From Felis catus (Eukaryota), in contig NC_058368.1 of the NCBI RefSeq assembly GCF_018350175.1, positions 162,380,001 through 162,444,000 of the forward strand: DNA of 64,000 nt, written 5' to 3'. Within the stretch, counting starts at the first letter, position 1; each line of letters opens with the position of its first letter. Shown piece by piece: positions 26,745 through 39,796 of this stretch. Below the pieces are notes generated by a model that ran no database searches, had not been told where the DNA came from, and saw nothing but the letters and a program-made list of their open reading frames with translations. Position numbers and translations under genes: made by a program.

Positions 26745-27649
26745 GGGACACACAGGTGGTAAATATGAGAGACAACACAAACCCAGTCTTTTGATTCTTT
26801 GGCATATTCGAATCTCTTATTCTTGTGTTTGAACTCAAACCCCACAGAGTTATGTCTGCAGCTTTCAAATGTTGAAAACATCAGAACTTGTCTTATGTTA
26901 TAGGTAGAGAGAAGGATGTTTTTGTGGCATGTTTATTGAGGGCCATTAAAAACCTCTGACATTTTCAGTCTTTTTCCTACCATCTATTATTATGACCTCA
27001 CTCCACTATTAACAATGTATCAACCTGGCTTAAACCATAGTTTATTCTAGGAATCCCTTGCAAAATACAGTTGTAAAGGTAGACTCTTCAATATAATTGG
27101 TCTACTTAATGATTGTGAATTAATGTGTCATATTACCCAATATCGATATAAGCAATAGAATAGATATTCTTTTGGTGGGCAGGAGAAAATAAGAGGATTA
27201 AAGATGTAGAGATCCCACTTTCAGCAAGTATATCCAAATGAGGCTTCACAGAGTGGTTCCTGGATAACATGAGGTCCTGGCTTCAGGGCGAAAATCAAAT
27301 AAGGATATGGAAAGCTGATTAGATTATGTACACCAACCTTAAAATTCTGTGTGTGTTTTTTTTAACTTCAAAGATAACAATCACACCTTAACAGCATTTT
27401 AGGGGCAGGCTTTTGGGCCATAGTTGTATTCCAAGCAAACTTCTTTTTTTTAAGAATCGTAAATAATTGGACTTGGAAAAAATGTTAAGGAACCGATTTA
27501 CCCACATTATTTTTCAGAAAAGACATGGGACACCAGATAAAGCCGAGTAACTAATTCAGTGTCAGAAGCAAGGTTTGGATCAAGGTTTACTTTATTGTCA
27601 TTTGTATTATCTGGTATAATCACGAGTAACTAATTGCAGATCCCAGTTT

Positions 27650-27985
27650 GGATTATGTCTTTGCTCTTTTCTCTGCCTATACACTTGCCCCTCCCTTCTA
27701 CTACGCTGTGCTCACGTGGGTCCTACCTGTCCTGGAAGCTCAGTTCAGGAGATCCCTCTTACGACAGCCTTGGTCGGAGACATCTTCAGTGTGTCTTCTA
27801 AGCAATATAAGCTTAACGTTATCTAGTATGTATCACACAGAGGATACTTAACCGTCCTTTACCTGTCCTTCATGCCCTGTATATCCTTAGGTCCTACTCT
27901 TCTTTGAATCTCCAATGCTAATAATGGTCTGTAATCCCTCAGTGGCTGGCACAAAGTAGGGGCTAAATAAATGTTGAATTCAAAG
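27650..27985 (+). mobile_element. LINE-2 3' fragment
   Basis: Ends with L2 tail motif cagtggctggcacaaagtaggggctaaataaatgttgaat. Confidence 0.6.
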
Positions 27986-28952
27986 AGCAATGGATACCTG
28001 CTAGAACTCTCATTTTATACCACATAAAGTTTTTCTCCTTATTTCTACCTAATTATGGGGTTAAATATGCAACATGAATACAAAATAGACGGAGCCATTT
28101 TCCCTCTACCAGCCATAATTCACAATATTATACAGATATTAGTATTTATATTTTCAAGTTTAATATTCTTTCTATTCACCATATGTTACTGAATTCATTC
28201 AGTAACTTTAATTCGCTGTCATTTCCCAAACTTACTGTAGCCCTGCCATTTCCATTCCCCAGTAAAGTCTCCAAAACAGAACAAATCTGTTTAGAAGGGT
28301 GCGTTATAATTTTCAATTGTCATAGATCCATTCATTTATTCTACATATCCAACAAGCATTCCCCCTGTATATTTTGACAGCTTCAGTTCCACTGAAATAT
28401 TCATAATGTTCCCAGCCTCAAGCAGTATTTTTTTAGAAGCCTCTCTAAATTCAGAACAGCTCAGAGGATAAAGGATTTCAGGTAGTTTAACTATTTTGCA
28501 TTAAACACAAACACATTTATCAAATTAAAGGAACTCTGTCAGAGGCACAATACAGCAATGGAACTCTCTACAGAAAACAGTAACTAATACTTGATATTAC
28601 AAGAACATTTCATGAAAGGTTTATCCTCAACATTTCCCAACTACAAAGAAAAAGTAGACATTTTATCCAAGTGCAAAACAACCATTTTGACCTTCTAATA
28701 TGCTCAACTTCTGTTATGGGGAAAATTTCATTTGGCTTCTCTAATTGTGTTTTATGTGAGATATTTGGATACACTTTTCAAGTATAGTATAAAATTTATG
28801 CATATCACACTTCCTCAACAATGCATTCTATGAGACCATTTTCTCATTTAAATTAGATGTCTTCATTATTTTCAGAGGACATGATATTCTGTTTTTACTT
28901 ACTTTTATTTTAGGACTTTAGCCAAAATATAACCAAATTTTATCTACAATAG

Positions 28953-29149
28953 GGAGTGCCTGGGTGGCTCAGTGTGTTAAGCGTCTGACTCTTGATTTCG
29001 GCTCAAGTCATGATATCATGGTTTGTGAGTTCGAGTCCCACATTCGATTGGGATTCTCTCTCTCTCTCTCTCTCTCTCCCTCTCCCACTTATGATCTCTC
29101 CCTCTCTCTCAAAGTAAATAAATAAACTTAAGAAAAAAATTTTTAAAAA
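28953..29149 (+). mobile_element. CanSINE with internal deletion
   Basis: TSD ttatctacaatag at 28940-28952 and 29150-29162; the central gctctg..gagcctgct part is missing. Confidence 0.94.
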
Positions 29150-29264
29150 TTATCTACAATAGCATAAAATGATGTGCTGTGTTCAATTATAAAAAATTAT
29201 AAGGCATAGGTGGTCATATCAAGAACTATGAAACATTTGAGATTTTTACACTATTTTCAAACTA

Positions 29265-29730
29265 ACAAGTTAGCCTTGCAGATATCATGGATGCTGAGAG
29301 AATGCAAGAGATCCCTGTGTCAGTGACAAAGCACAGTTTATTACTTATAGAAATAGCAGTAGTCAGAGGACCATTATTTTCTTGCTCTGGTTTTCTGAGT
29401 CTTTATTTCCCCAGGATTATGTGATGATCCTGTAATCATAAAGTGAATACTGTACATGGAGTGGATTGTGTTATAGGAGAGGAAGTCCAAATCTTTTATA
29501 TAGGTCTGCAAATTAAGATGCTCTTTACCCTGTATCTGGGCAAATGATCGTTATTACACTGGAGCAATTATGTTATACTAGATAGTAAACAAATCTGTCC
29601 TCTGCTGTTCCAGATGGAGGTACTAATTGTATATTTTGCTGCTATTTGTAATTCTTGAAAAAGGAACTCAGAACAAAAACTTTCATCAGTGCTTCTGCCT
29701 AGAAGATATGCAGAAATACAAGATACTCAC
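29265..29730 (-). mobile_element. ERVL-class LTR (MER74-like)
   Basis: agtaaacaaatctgtcctctgct, cttgaaaaagg..cagaacaaa..cagtgcttctgc..aagatatgcagaaa resemble the recalled MER74 consensus. Confidence 0.6.
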
Positions 29731-29852
29731 TGTATTAGTCGGGATTTTCCAGAGAAAGAGAACCAATAAGAGATTAACTATCTATCTATCTATCTATCTA
29801 TCAATCAATCATCTATCTATGTATCTCTTTGATATGCGAATTAGCCATCACA
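29731..29852 (-). mobile_element. MLT2 LTR end with (TATC)n, truncated by an L1 fragment (29853-29960)
   Basis: tgtattagtcgggattttccagagaaagagaaccaataag is an MLT2 terminus; it is followed by L1 ORF2-type atcatatcatctgcaaa. Confidence 0.75.
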
Positions 29853-30045
29853 GAATTTGTTTATTAGTTTTTGCAGTTTTATTGTGGAATTTCTAGGGAT
29901 GTCTACATATTGAATCATATCATCTGCAAAATAGAGATAATTGTATTTCTTCCTTTCTAAGCACAAGGTCTGGGGAGGTCTTTATTGTGATGTTTGGGTC
30001 ATTCCATGATCAAATTCGCTAATCCATTCATCACAGGAAAAGTAA

Positions 30046-30245
30046 GGGAGAGCACCTGGGTGTCTTAGTCACTTAAATGTCTAACTTTAGCTCAGTTCAT
30101 GATCTCTAGGTTTATGGGTTTGAGCCCCCTGTTGGGCTCTGCACTGACCCTGCAGAGTCTGTTTGGAATTCTCTGTTTCCTCTCTCTCTAACCCTCCCCC
30201 GCTTGCTCTCTCTCTTAAAAATAAATAAATAAACATTTTAAATAA
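30046..30245 (+). mobile_element. CanSINE
   Basis: Diverged SINE head, (CT)n and aataaataaa tail. Confidence 0.92.
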
Positions 30246-30442
30246 TAATAGCAACAGTAGCAGTAATAGCAGCTAGATAGTTTTCTATGGGCAATGATCT
30301 TAACTCCATTAAGTCCTGTGAAGGATCATTAAAGATGTCCTTTCCTCAATATTTCTCCCTTCTTTTGTAAGGTATATTTTGTTCTCCCTTCTTTTTCTTT
30401 CAGAGCTTAAATGTGCTTCTCAAATGCTTCAAATTTGCCAAA

Positions 30443-30446
<4 letters not shown>

Positions 30447-30495
<49 letters not shown>
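30447..30495. repeat. (TA)n microsatellite
   Basis: Read directly from the sequence. Confidence 0.98.
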
Positions 30496-30497
<2 letters not shown>

Positions 30498-30634
30498 AAA
30501 ACTAATATCACCTCCTCACTGTTTAGGACACCTGGTGAGGGGTCGTATTACTTTACCATAGTTTGGCATTAAAAAAATAAAACTTTTGTTTGTTACTGTT
30601 TCTTTACTTATTAACTGTGTTTTAAATTTAATCC

Positions 30635-30850
30635 AATGTTCTGCACAGTACAGCTCACAGGCCAGACTATATCTACCACTGATTTTCATAAATAAAATTT
30701 TAATGGAGTACATACATGGGTGCATATTTACATATTGTCCATGATCAATGGCAGAGTTAAGTAGTTGCAACAGAGATCCATGAAGTCAGAAATCTTTGCT
30801 GTCTAGCCCTTCACCCCCCCCCAAAAAAAAAGAAAAAAAGCTCTCCAATC
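30635..30850. mobile_element. MER58-like hAT-Charlie MITE
   Basis: aaataaaattttaatggagtaca...atggcagagttaagtagttgcaacagaga, typical of MER58A. Confidence 0.75.
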
Positions 30851-31114
30851 TTTTAGGTAATCTAATCTCAAACCTGGCTGAAAATCAAACAATGACAGAA
30901 ATCTGAAAATAAAGCAAAGACTATTGGAAAAAGCACTGGAAGTTTACATCCTATGAGGTTGCGAATTAGGAACATTGTCCCAAACTATGAAGTACTGAAG
31001 TATTATTAATTTACTTAAAATAATCAAAAATCATTTAATGCCCTCTGTAATAAAGACATGGATAAATTATTACAAGCATACAACTATGTGCATCCCCCAG
31101 TTATTTATTACATA

Positions 31115-31314
31115 TTTTAATGCTTATTTTATTTTTGAGAGAGAGAGCCAGAGCACAAGCAGGGGAGGGGCAGAGAGAGAGGGAGAGGATCTGAAGCAGG
31201 TTCCAGTCTCTGAGTGGTCAGCATAGAGCCGAATGCAGGGCTTAAACTCATGAACCGTGAGATCATGACCCAAGCTGAAGTCAGCACTTACCAACTGAGC
31301 CACCCAGGCACCCC
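31115..31314 (-). mobile_element. CanSINE
   Basis: Reverse-complement SINE body ending caggcacccc. Confidence 0.94.
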
Positions 31315-32493
31315 TACATTTTCAAAAAGATTGTTTAACAGTGAATTGAAAAAAGAGTGATTATTTAATTCTTTTATTTGTGTTTCCATATTTTGAATGT
31401 ATCGTGTAAGTTGTATTCTCTTCTCATCATCTTGCTTTAGTAAGAGAAGAGGGACTGTAAGAAGTTACATAAATTATCAGACTTACATGAAGTTTTTAAC
31501 ATTTAACACTGAAAGCTTTTATCCCTTTAATATTTGAAAATCATTCAAACAAAATTTCCTTATTTAATTATTTATCTTTAGGTTAACTTGTGTGAAACTC
31601 TAGAATTTTCTACCTGATATTTTCTATCCCAATGATTTTAAAACAATTTATACCAGACACTAATAGATGTAAGTTTTAATATTCAAAATTTTATTGTTCT
31701 ATATCTAAAATGAAAAAATCTACATAGTGATTTTTCAATTGGGGAGTAAAGTTAGCTAAGAGATTGGGAACTAAAATCTCCCATTAAGTTAATAGCATTA
31801 CCACAGAGCCCCCGAAGTCTTGCTTGGAAAGCAGAGGGGCTGGACTCCGTGAGTTCTGACAGCCAGCTCAAATTAACATCTGTAATGTTAAAAGTCAACA
31901 GTTCTGCTCTCAGAGAGCGGGGAGGGTGAGAGGACACAGGGAGGGAGAGGTGTTGAGTCCCGGAAGACAGCTCAGCTCAGCGGGGGACATAGGCACTGGG
32001 AAGTGCCATCTCCGTCTCCCATCCCCCAGCTGAAATTCCAAAGGGAACCAGTTCCCCTCACCAAACTTGCTTTGCACTGCACAAATGCCCAACACTGTGC
32101 TTCTGTGGATCCATCCCTCCAAGGGGTCTGCCTCCCTCCCGGTGCTGCAGGGCCCCTCCGTCAGGGGACCACCTACAGCGAAGTGAGCTGAGTCTGCCCC
32201 ACCCACCCTTGTGCACCTTGCGGATCCACCCCTACTAATAAGCAGATCCCATAGAAGCAGCACCACAAGCCTGGCAGTGTGCAAGTAGCCCAGACAGGGG
32301 CCACACCACTCCACAGCGAGTCCTGCCCTTGGGAGAGGGGAAGATAAGGTACACACCAGTCTGCCTGTGGCCCCAGCGGTGGGTTGGGGGCAGACATCAG
32401 GTCTGAGTGCGGCCCCGCCCACCAACACAAGTTACTCCTGACAGCACAGGGGAAGTGCCCTGCAGTTTAGAGCCACTGCAGGGACTACCCAAA

Positions 32494-33040
32494 ATGACAA
32501 AACAGAAGAATTATCCTCAAAAGAAACTCCAGGAAATAGCTACAGCTAATGAATTGATCAAAAACAATTTAAGCAATATAACAGAAAATGAATTTAAAAT
32601 AATAGTCATAAAATTAATTGCTGGGCTTGAAAAGAGCATAGAGAACAGCAGAGAATCTATTGCTACAGAGATCAAGAAACTAAGAAATAGTCATGAGGAG
32701 CTAAAAAATGCTATAAATGAGGTGCAAAATAAAATGCAGGTGGCCATAGCATGGATTGAGGAGGCAGAGGAGAGAATAGGTGAATTAGAAGATAAAATTA
32801 TGGAAAAAGAGGAAGCTGAGAAAAAGAGAGATAAAAAAAATCCAGCAGAATGAGGGGAGAATTAGAGAACTAAGTGATGCAATCAAACGAGAGAATATTC
32901 ATATCATGGGAATTCCAGAAGAAGAAGAGAGAGAAAAGGGGCTGAAGGTGTACTTGAACAAATCATAGCTGAGAACTTCCCTGATCTGGGGAAGGAAAAA
33001 GGCATTGAAATTCGAGAGGCACAGAGAACTCCCTTCAGAC
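32494..33040 (+). pseudogene. ORF1: L1 ORF1p N-terminal part (coiled coil, start of RRM), frameshifted
   Basis: MTKQKNYPQKKLQE...EEAEERIGELEDK...IIAENFPDL...EAQRTPFR. Confidence 0.92.
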
Positions 33041-33859
33041 TAAAAGCAAAAATGAACTATTGGGACCTCATGAAGATAAAAAAAGCTTCTTCACAGCAAA
33101 GGAAACAACCAACAAAACTAAAAGGCAACCAACGGAATGGGAAAAGATATTTGCAAATGACATATCGGACAAAGAGCTAGTATCCAAAATTATAAAGAGC
33201 TCACCAAACTCCACACCTGAAAAACAAATAATCCAGTGAAGAAATGGGCAGAAAACATGAATAGACACTTCTCTAAAGAAGACATCCGGATGGCCCACAG
33301 GCACATGAAAAGATGCTCAACGTCGCTCCTCATCAGGGAAATACAAATCAGAACCACACTCAGATAACACCTCACGCCAGTCAGAGTGGCCAAAATGAAC
33401 AAATCAGGAGACTATAGATGCTGGCAAGGATGTGGAGAAACGGGAACCCTCTTGCACTGTTGGTGGGAATGCAAACTGGTGCAGCTTCTCTGGAAAACAG
33501 TGTGGAGGTTCCTCAAAAAATTAAAAATAGACCTACCCTATGACCCAGCAATAGCACTGCTAGGAATTTGCCCAAGGGATACAGGAGTGCTGATACATAG
33601 GGGCACTTATACCCCAATGTTTATAGCAGCACTCTCAACAATAGCCAAATTATGGAAAGAGCTTAAATGTCCATCAACTGATGAATGGATAAAGAAATTG
33701 TGGTTTATATATACAATAGAATACTACTTGGCAATGAGAAAGAATGAAATATGGCCTTTTGTAGCAACGTGGATGGAACTGGAGAGTGTTATGCTAAGTG
33801 AAATAAGTCATACAGAGAAAGACAGATACCATATGGTTTCACTCTTATGTGGATCCTGA
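33041..33859 (+). pseudogene. ORF2: L1 ORF2p C-terminal domain (Cys-rich), disrupted
   Basis: KAKMNYWDL...[19 protein letters not shown]...[12 protein letters not shown]...WIKKLWFIYTIEYY. Confidence 0.93.
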
Positions 33860-34149
33860 GAAACTTAACAGAAGACCATGGGAGGGGCAGGAAAAAAAAA
33901 AGTTAGGGAGGGAGCCAAAGCATAAGAGACTCTTAAAAACTGAGAATAAACTGAGGGTTGATGGGGGTGGGAGGAGGGAAGGATGGGTGATGGGCATTGA
34001 GGAGGGCACCTGTTGGGATGAGCACTAGGTGTTGTATGGAAACCAATTTGACAATAAATTTCATATTAAAAATAAATAATTAATTAATAGCATTACCTAG
34101 TTCTGTCTACTAAAAGGCAGTTCCTTAAATTTAACTCTTCCTCTTTTCT

Positions 34150-35970
34150 ATAGCTTTATTGAAGTATACTTCACATATGACAAAATTCATCCATTTCAAG
34201 TGCACCATTCAATGATGTTTTACTAAACTTAGAGGGTTGTGCAGTCATTACCACAATCCAGTTTTAGAACATTTTCAGCACTTCAAAAGACCCTTTTTGC
34301 AGCTACTTACACACATGTGCAACCACTTTCACCTCACCTCCAGCCCCAGAGGAGCAATGCCATGCTTCTATAAATTGACATGTTCTGGACTTCACATAGA
34401 AGTGGAATCACATGTTCTCTTTTGCATCTTCTTCCACTCAGCACAGTGTTTTTGAGGTTCATTCATGTTGCAGTGTTTATTAGTGTTTGTATGTAATTTG
34501 TATTACTATTTTATTCCTTATTACTACTGACTTCATTTATATGCTATATGATATTTTGTTTAACCACTCATTAGTTGATGGACATTTGGAATGATTCCAC
34601 TTTTAGGCTATTCAGAAAAAAATTACTCTAAAAATTCTGCTACAAATCTCTGCATGGATATTTTTCTTGTTTTTCTTGAAGGATAATGTAGAAATCAAAT
34701 TGCTAAGTTGTATGGTCATTTTATGTTTAACATTTAAGAAGCTGCCAATTTGTGGCACCTGGGTGACTCAGTCGGTTAAGCATCTGGCTTTGGCTGGGTC
34801 ATAATTCCCCATTTCATGGACTGGTGCCCCGTGTTGAGCTCTGTGCTCACAGCTCAGAGCCTGCAGCCTGCTTCAGATTCTGTGTCTCCCTCTCTCTCAG
34901 CCCCTCCCCTGCTCACACTCTGTCTTTCTCTCAAAACATAAATAAACAGTAACAACAACAAGAAAAAAAAGAAACAAAGAAAAGAAAAAAGAAACTGTTA
35001 ATTCAACTTCCAAATCATTTTCTAGAGTGCCTATACCATTTTATATCTTTACCACCTATGTTGAGTTACATCTTTTTCATATCCTAGCAAATGTAACATT
35101 TTCTGTCTTGGATAGCATTGTCGTTCTAGTGTTTGTATGGTAGCACCTCACTGTGGTTTTAATTTGCATTTCTCTAATGATTAAGTTGAACATCTTTTCA
35201 TGTGTTTATTATTAATTTCTATATCCTTAGTGAAATTTTTATTCAATTCTTTTGCCCAAATTTTAATTGGGTTCTTTTACTTTTTATTGAATTATAAATG
35301 GTCTCTATATATTCTGGGTAAAAGTCCCTTTCAGACATCTGATTGACAACATTATTACCAGTCTGTGACTTGTCCTCAATTTTCTTAAATGTGTTTTTTG
35401 AAGTACAAAAATTTGAAATTTTTATTCAACCCAATTTACAAATTGGGCTTTTGGTGTATCTTTGTCCAATAGACTTTTTTTTTCTTTTCTGATATATTTA
35501 TTTAAGACTATAAAATTTTCTTTGTTGCCCTAGTTGTATTCCATAAATTTTAATGTCATGTTTTTGTTTATTTTCAGTTTGGAATTTTTCTAATTCTCTT
35601 TGCAATTTCTTCTTTGACTATTTTATTTCTAATTTAATTTTGTGCGGTTCAAGAAATTTCTTTGTATAATTGCAATCCTATGTAATTTATGGAGGCTTGT
35701 TTTATGGAGTATAATATCTCTCTTGGAAGACATTCTACATGTTTTTGTGAAGGATGTGTATTCAGTTGTTGTTGGATGAAGTATTCTATACTTAGGTCAA
35801 CATGATTGATACTTTAATCACGACTACTGTATTCTTGTTGATTTTCTAATTGTTCTATCCATTATTAAGAATGATGTGTCGAAATTTCTGACTATTACTT
35901 TGACTTGTCTATTCTTTCAATTCTGTCAGTTTTTACTGCATTATATTTTAGCATTCTATTTCTCATGTGT
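34150..35970 (-). mobile_element. Old L1M (L1MB/MC-type) 3' end and ORF2 fragments
   Basis: agctttattgaagtata...gttgatggacatttgg...gtggttttaatttgcatttctctaatga. Confidence 0.75.
34752..34988 (+). mobile_element. CanSINE nested in old L1
   Basis: SINE body; degenerate TSD aagaa(g/a)ctg(cc/tt)aatt. Confidence 0.94.
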
Positions 35971-36549
35971 ATATGCTCTTCTATTTTCAAAGATTTAGCT
36001 AATCAGTAAGGATCTATCTTAATATTTAGTAGTGTCTTTTAAATTTGTTCAATATATATATTTAATCTTGTTACAAAAATAGGCAGATATGAAATTAATA
36101 TATTTACTATAATTATAATTTATCCAATAAATAAACTTTAAATGTTCCTGTAAATTCTCCATTTACTTGACATTTAAATCTCTAGGTCATTATGGTCTGT
36201 GGCCAGCTTAATATTTCTTAAAATTTCTTATACATACCATCTGTGCCCAAAATAGTGTTTTTCAGTTGGAAACTACTTCTTGATCATTTGACAGGTTAGT
36301 TGATGTATTAGCTTTTTATATATTGAATAGCAAAATAAGTGTGGCATTTTATATATAGCACAATTCAGATTGACAACCATATAAAAAATAAAGTTAAGGT
36401 TGCTTTACATTTATTATATTAGTACAGGCTATGGAAAAGTAGTACTATCTCTATAAACAAGTTGAAATGAAGACAAAGGGTATCATATTAAAAATATTTG
36501 GAAAAGGATGATGGAAATAAATGTATTTCTTATTTGAGGAAAAATATTC

Positions 36550-36781
36550 CTTTTTTCTAATTTTTAAAATTTTTTTATTGTTTATTTCTTTTTTTTGAGA
36601 GAGAGAGTGAGTGAGAGAAAGCTGGGGAGGAGCAGAGAGAGAGGGAGACACAGAACTCTAAGCAGGCTCCAGGCTCTGAGCTGTCAGCACAAAGCCCAAC
36701 AGGGGCTCAAACTCATGGACCATGAGATCATGACCTGAGCTGAAGTTGGTTGCTCAACCAACTGAGCCACTCAGGTGCCCC
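36550..36781 (-). mobile_element. CanSINE
   Basis: 16-bp TSD ttgaggaaaaatattc at 36534-36549 and 36782-36797. Confidence 0.97.
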
Positions 36782-37439
36782 TTGAGGAAAAATATTCTGA
36801 CTCAAAATAAGTACTGCAAAATAAGACTCATTGTAAATTTACATGAGTTCATCAAACAACAGAGTGATGTAACTATTTCTTAGATGGCTGACCTAAGCTG
36901 GCCAACCTATAGTAACGAGCATATGATATAGAAGATAACCAATGATCTTTTTATTTCCATAATCAACACACCTAGCTCAGTCTTTCTTCCTTTCACACAA
37001 AGGAGAAATACCCAATACAAACATGTAAGACTGAGTAGAAGCTTATTATTAGTTTTCTGTCAGTTAATAAATTATAATGTTTCAATGCTCCCTGTTATGA
37101 GAATTTCTTTTCATTAATATGAATAAGGTTTATATTCTTGTTAGAATGCTGCACACTTTGTTCTTATACATATTCTCATATTTCTAAAATGTAATAAACG
37201 CAGCACATAAAAAAAGACTAAAAGTAATTAAAAATAGCAAATGCAAACAGGGTTCTTACAGCATCCTTTGCACTATAAGATTTTTCCTACAAGCATATTT
37301 GCAATGCACACTGCCCATAATAAATCTGAAAAACATTTTAATATCCTTGTAGTTTTATACTAGTCATTCACATAAGTAAATAGCCCAGTGTGTTCTCATA
37401 TGCAAAGTAAAGAACATAACTTCCCTTAGTGAAATAATG

Positions 37440-37960
37440 GAGTTGACTCAAGATTACACGCTTGGAGCAAGAAGAAGCAACACTCAGCTGCCTTAAACAA
37501 TTTCATGGATTTACTGACACATAGGATGACTTAACGTCCAGCCATATTTAGGCTTGAAATCAGTTAAGTCAGGGAACTAGACCAATTGTTTTTAATTTTC
37601 TCACCTCTGCCCTTTTTTATGTATTGATTTTATTGTACTTTCATGGTCACAAGATGGCTGTTTGTAATAAATAGCAAGAGCTACATCTTTGTGCACTCCT
37701 ACTGGAGAGAACACTTCCAACCTACCATCTTGGACCAAATGTTCTCAGCCTTACCTTGATATAATATATATCTAGTAATATATAACTAGCTAGTAATATA
37801 TAACTTTGCTCACTAGGAGGTCAGTGAGATGTCATCCCAGTCTGTCTTAGGCCTGGATCAGTGACCATTATTAAAACATTCACAAGCAGGGATGACTCCG
37901 GATACCTGTAAGTAATTAACCCCCCAATAGCATTGCTGCTAACTAAAAGGGGACAATGAG
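37440..37960 (-). mobile_element. Old MaLR LTR (MLT1J/K/L-like)
   Basis: cactcagctgccttaaacaa...catggtcacaagatggctg. Confidence 0.5.
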
Positions 37961-39590
37961 TATCTGGAGAAACATTTGGTTATTAATTGGAAGAGAAGGG
38001 AATGGACACAGAGCACCTAAGAAACAGTTTACTTTCTCTTCATCTTAAAATGTCTTATGAAGACCCCACTGCCTCTCCTAACTTTTTTCTCTCTCACAGC
38101 AAGCCACAGCTGTGTTCCTCTACTATATGACCTGTTTCAGTTCTTAAACTACGATCCCCATATTGAAATCCCCAAAGCTAGAAATGTGAGATCAACTTTT
38201 ATTTTTGCCCTATCCCTCATGACCACTTAGTCACAAAGTACATTTCTCTGCTAAGTACTTCCTAAAGGAGTGCTTCTTTCTAAACTCTCTTCCTTCTTTT
38301 GACAGGTACAATTTCTTCATGTATTGCTTATATTAGTGCAATGGCACCACTAATGTTTTCCTTCTATGATTTCTGAGTCATGATCTGGCTTTGTTAATCC
38401 AATTTATTTTGTAATTTTCCTTTTCATCTATGTTAAATATATATTAGGCTGAATTTTTTTCATAGTGTGATTTCTATTAGCTACTACTGAATTTATAGTT
38501 ATGTCCTAAATTATATTATATTCCCTATACAATTTGTTTGTATATTCTTTTGACCATTGTTGCCAGAGTTGGCCTAGTTTATAAAATTTTAAAATAATGT
38601 TTTTTTTAACTTTATTTAAAAAGTGTATTATCTATTCAATTTCTTCCTTTTTCATTGATATTTCCTTCTTATTTTGGAGGGTTTACTTGCTAACTTTTTC
38701 TAACTTACTAAATTGAAGGCTTAGTTTCTTTTTTATGATACATATATTTGAGTCTCAGCAGAATCCTCAACATACAACTTTAGCCATATTTCACAAGTTT
38801 TATTGGCAGTTATTAATATCTCCGATTATAACTCAACACAAAGATTATTTGAAAGATTATTCATAAATTCCAAAAATTATTATTTAATTCTTCACGAAGA
38901 TATTTTCTTGGAAATTTAAGAAATTCTCTTAAGATAATTATCTTTCCTTAAATTTTTTTGTCTTATTTCCTGCTTTATATGAATTGATTAATTTTTCCTA
39001 TACTCCTATACTGTCTCTCCCACCATTACTCCAACTAGTATTTTAAAATTCAAGTTACTTTTCTAGTTAAAATTCTCCAACAACCTGGATTGTGTTAACC
39101 TGAAAGAATGAAAATTGAAAATTGAATGAAAATGAAAATGAACATTGAAAATTCCTGCTCTTTGGTCCATAAATTTATGGCAAAAATGCTTTCAATATTA
39201 AAGGAAAATTTTAAGTTACTAAAAGAAAACTGCCTTAGTAAAATTAATTTTCTTTAAACATTTCAGAAATTTGAAGGTACTTTCACTGACATATCTTAGG
39301 CTTAAATATGTTTTAAGCACAAAAATAGTTCTTCCTAAATGCAAGATAGAACTTGCTAAAAGTTCAAATAAAGGCCAAGAAAAGAAGTATCTCTTAAAAA
39401 ATATAGAATTTCCTTCTCCGTGTGTAGTCAGATAACATTTAAGACAGATTACCTTGATTTACATGAAACAAATCCCTGAGTATACTGCACAAAGCATAAA
39501 TGCACATCATGTTGCAAATATATAGTAGAGAAATCCTTTTCAGCAGTACTGCATCTGCCTAAAAATTATGTTCAAATTGGATTTATTGTT

Positions 39591-39796
39591 GGGGTGCCTG
39601 GGTGGCTCAGTTGGTTAAGCGGCCCTCTTCAGCTCAGGTTTTGACCTCACGGTTTGTGAGTGAGAGTCGCTGCGTTGGGCTCTGTGCTGACAGCTCAGAG
39701 CCTGGAGCCTGCTTTGGATTCTGTGTCTCCCTCTCTTTCTGCCCCTCCCTCCCTCTCTCTCTCTCAAAAATAAATAAACATTAAAATTTTTTTTAA
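39591..39796 (+). mobile_element. CanSINE
   Basis: TSD tggatt(t/c)attgtt at 39578-39590 and 39797-39809. Confidence 0.96.

Larger units (their letters stand above)
31803..34083 (+). mobile_element. Felid L1 with ~3.4 kb internal deletion (partial 5'UTR, ORF1 N-half, ORF2 C-end, 3'UTR)
   Basis: TSD ttaatagcattacc at 31789-31802 and 34084-34097; ORF1 ATG at 32494; junction at 33040/33041; ORF2 stop at 33859; G-rich 3'UTR and A-rich tail. Confidence 0.95.

Noticed and set aside
31910..32428. 172-aa antisense ORF in the L1 5'UTR (ORF0-like?)
   Set aside because: Non-ATG start, GC-rich stop-poor sequence, and not maintained in the second L1 copy.
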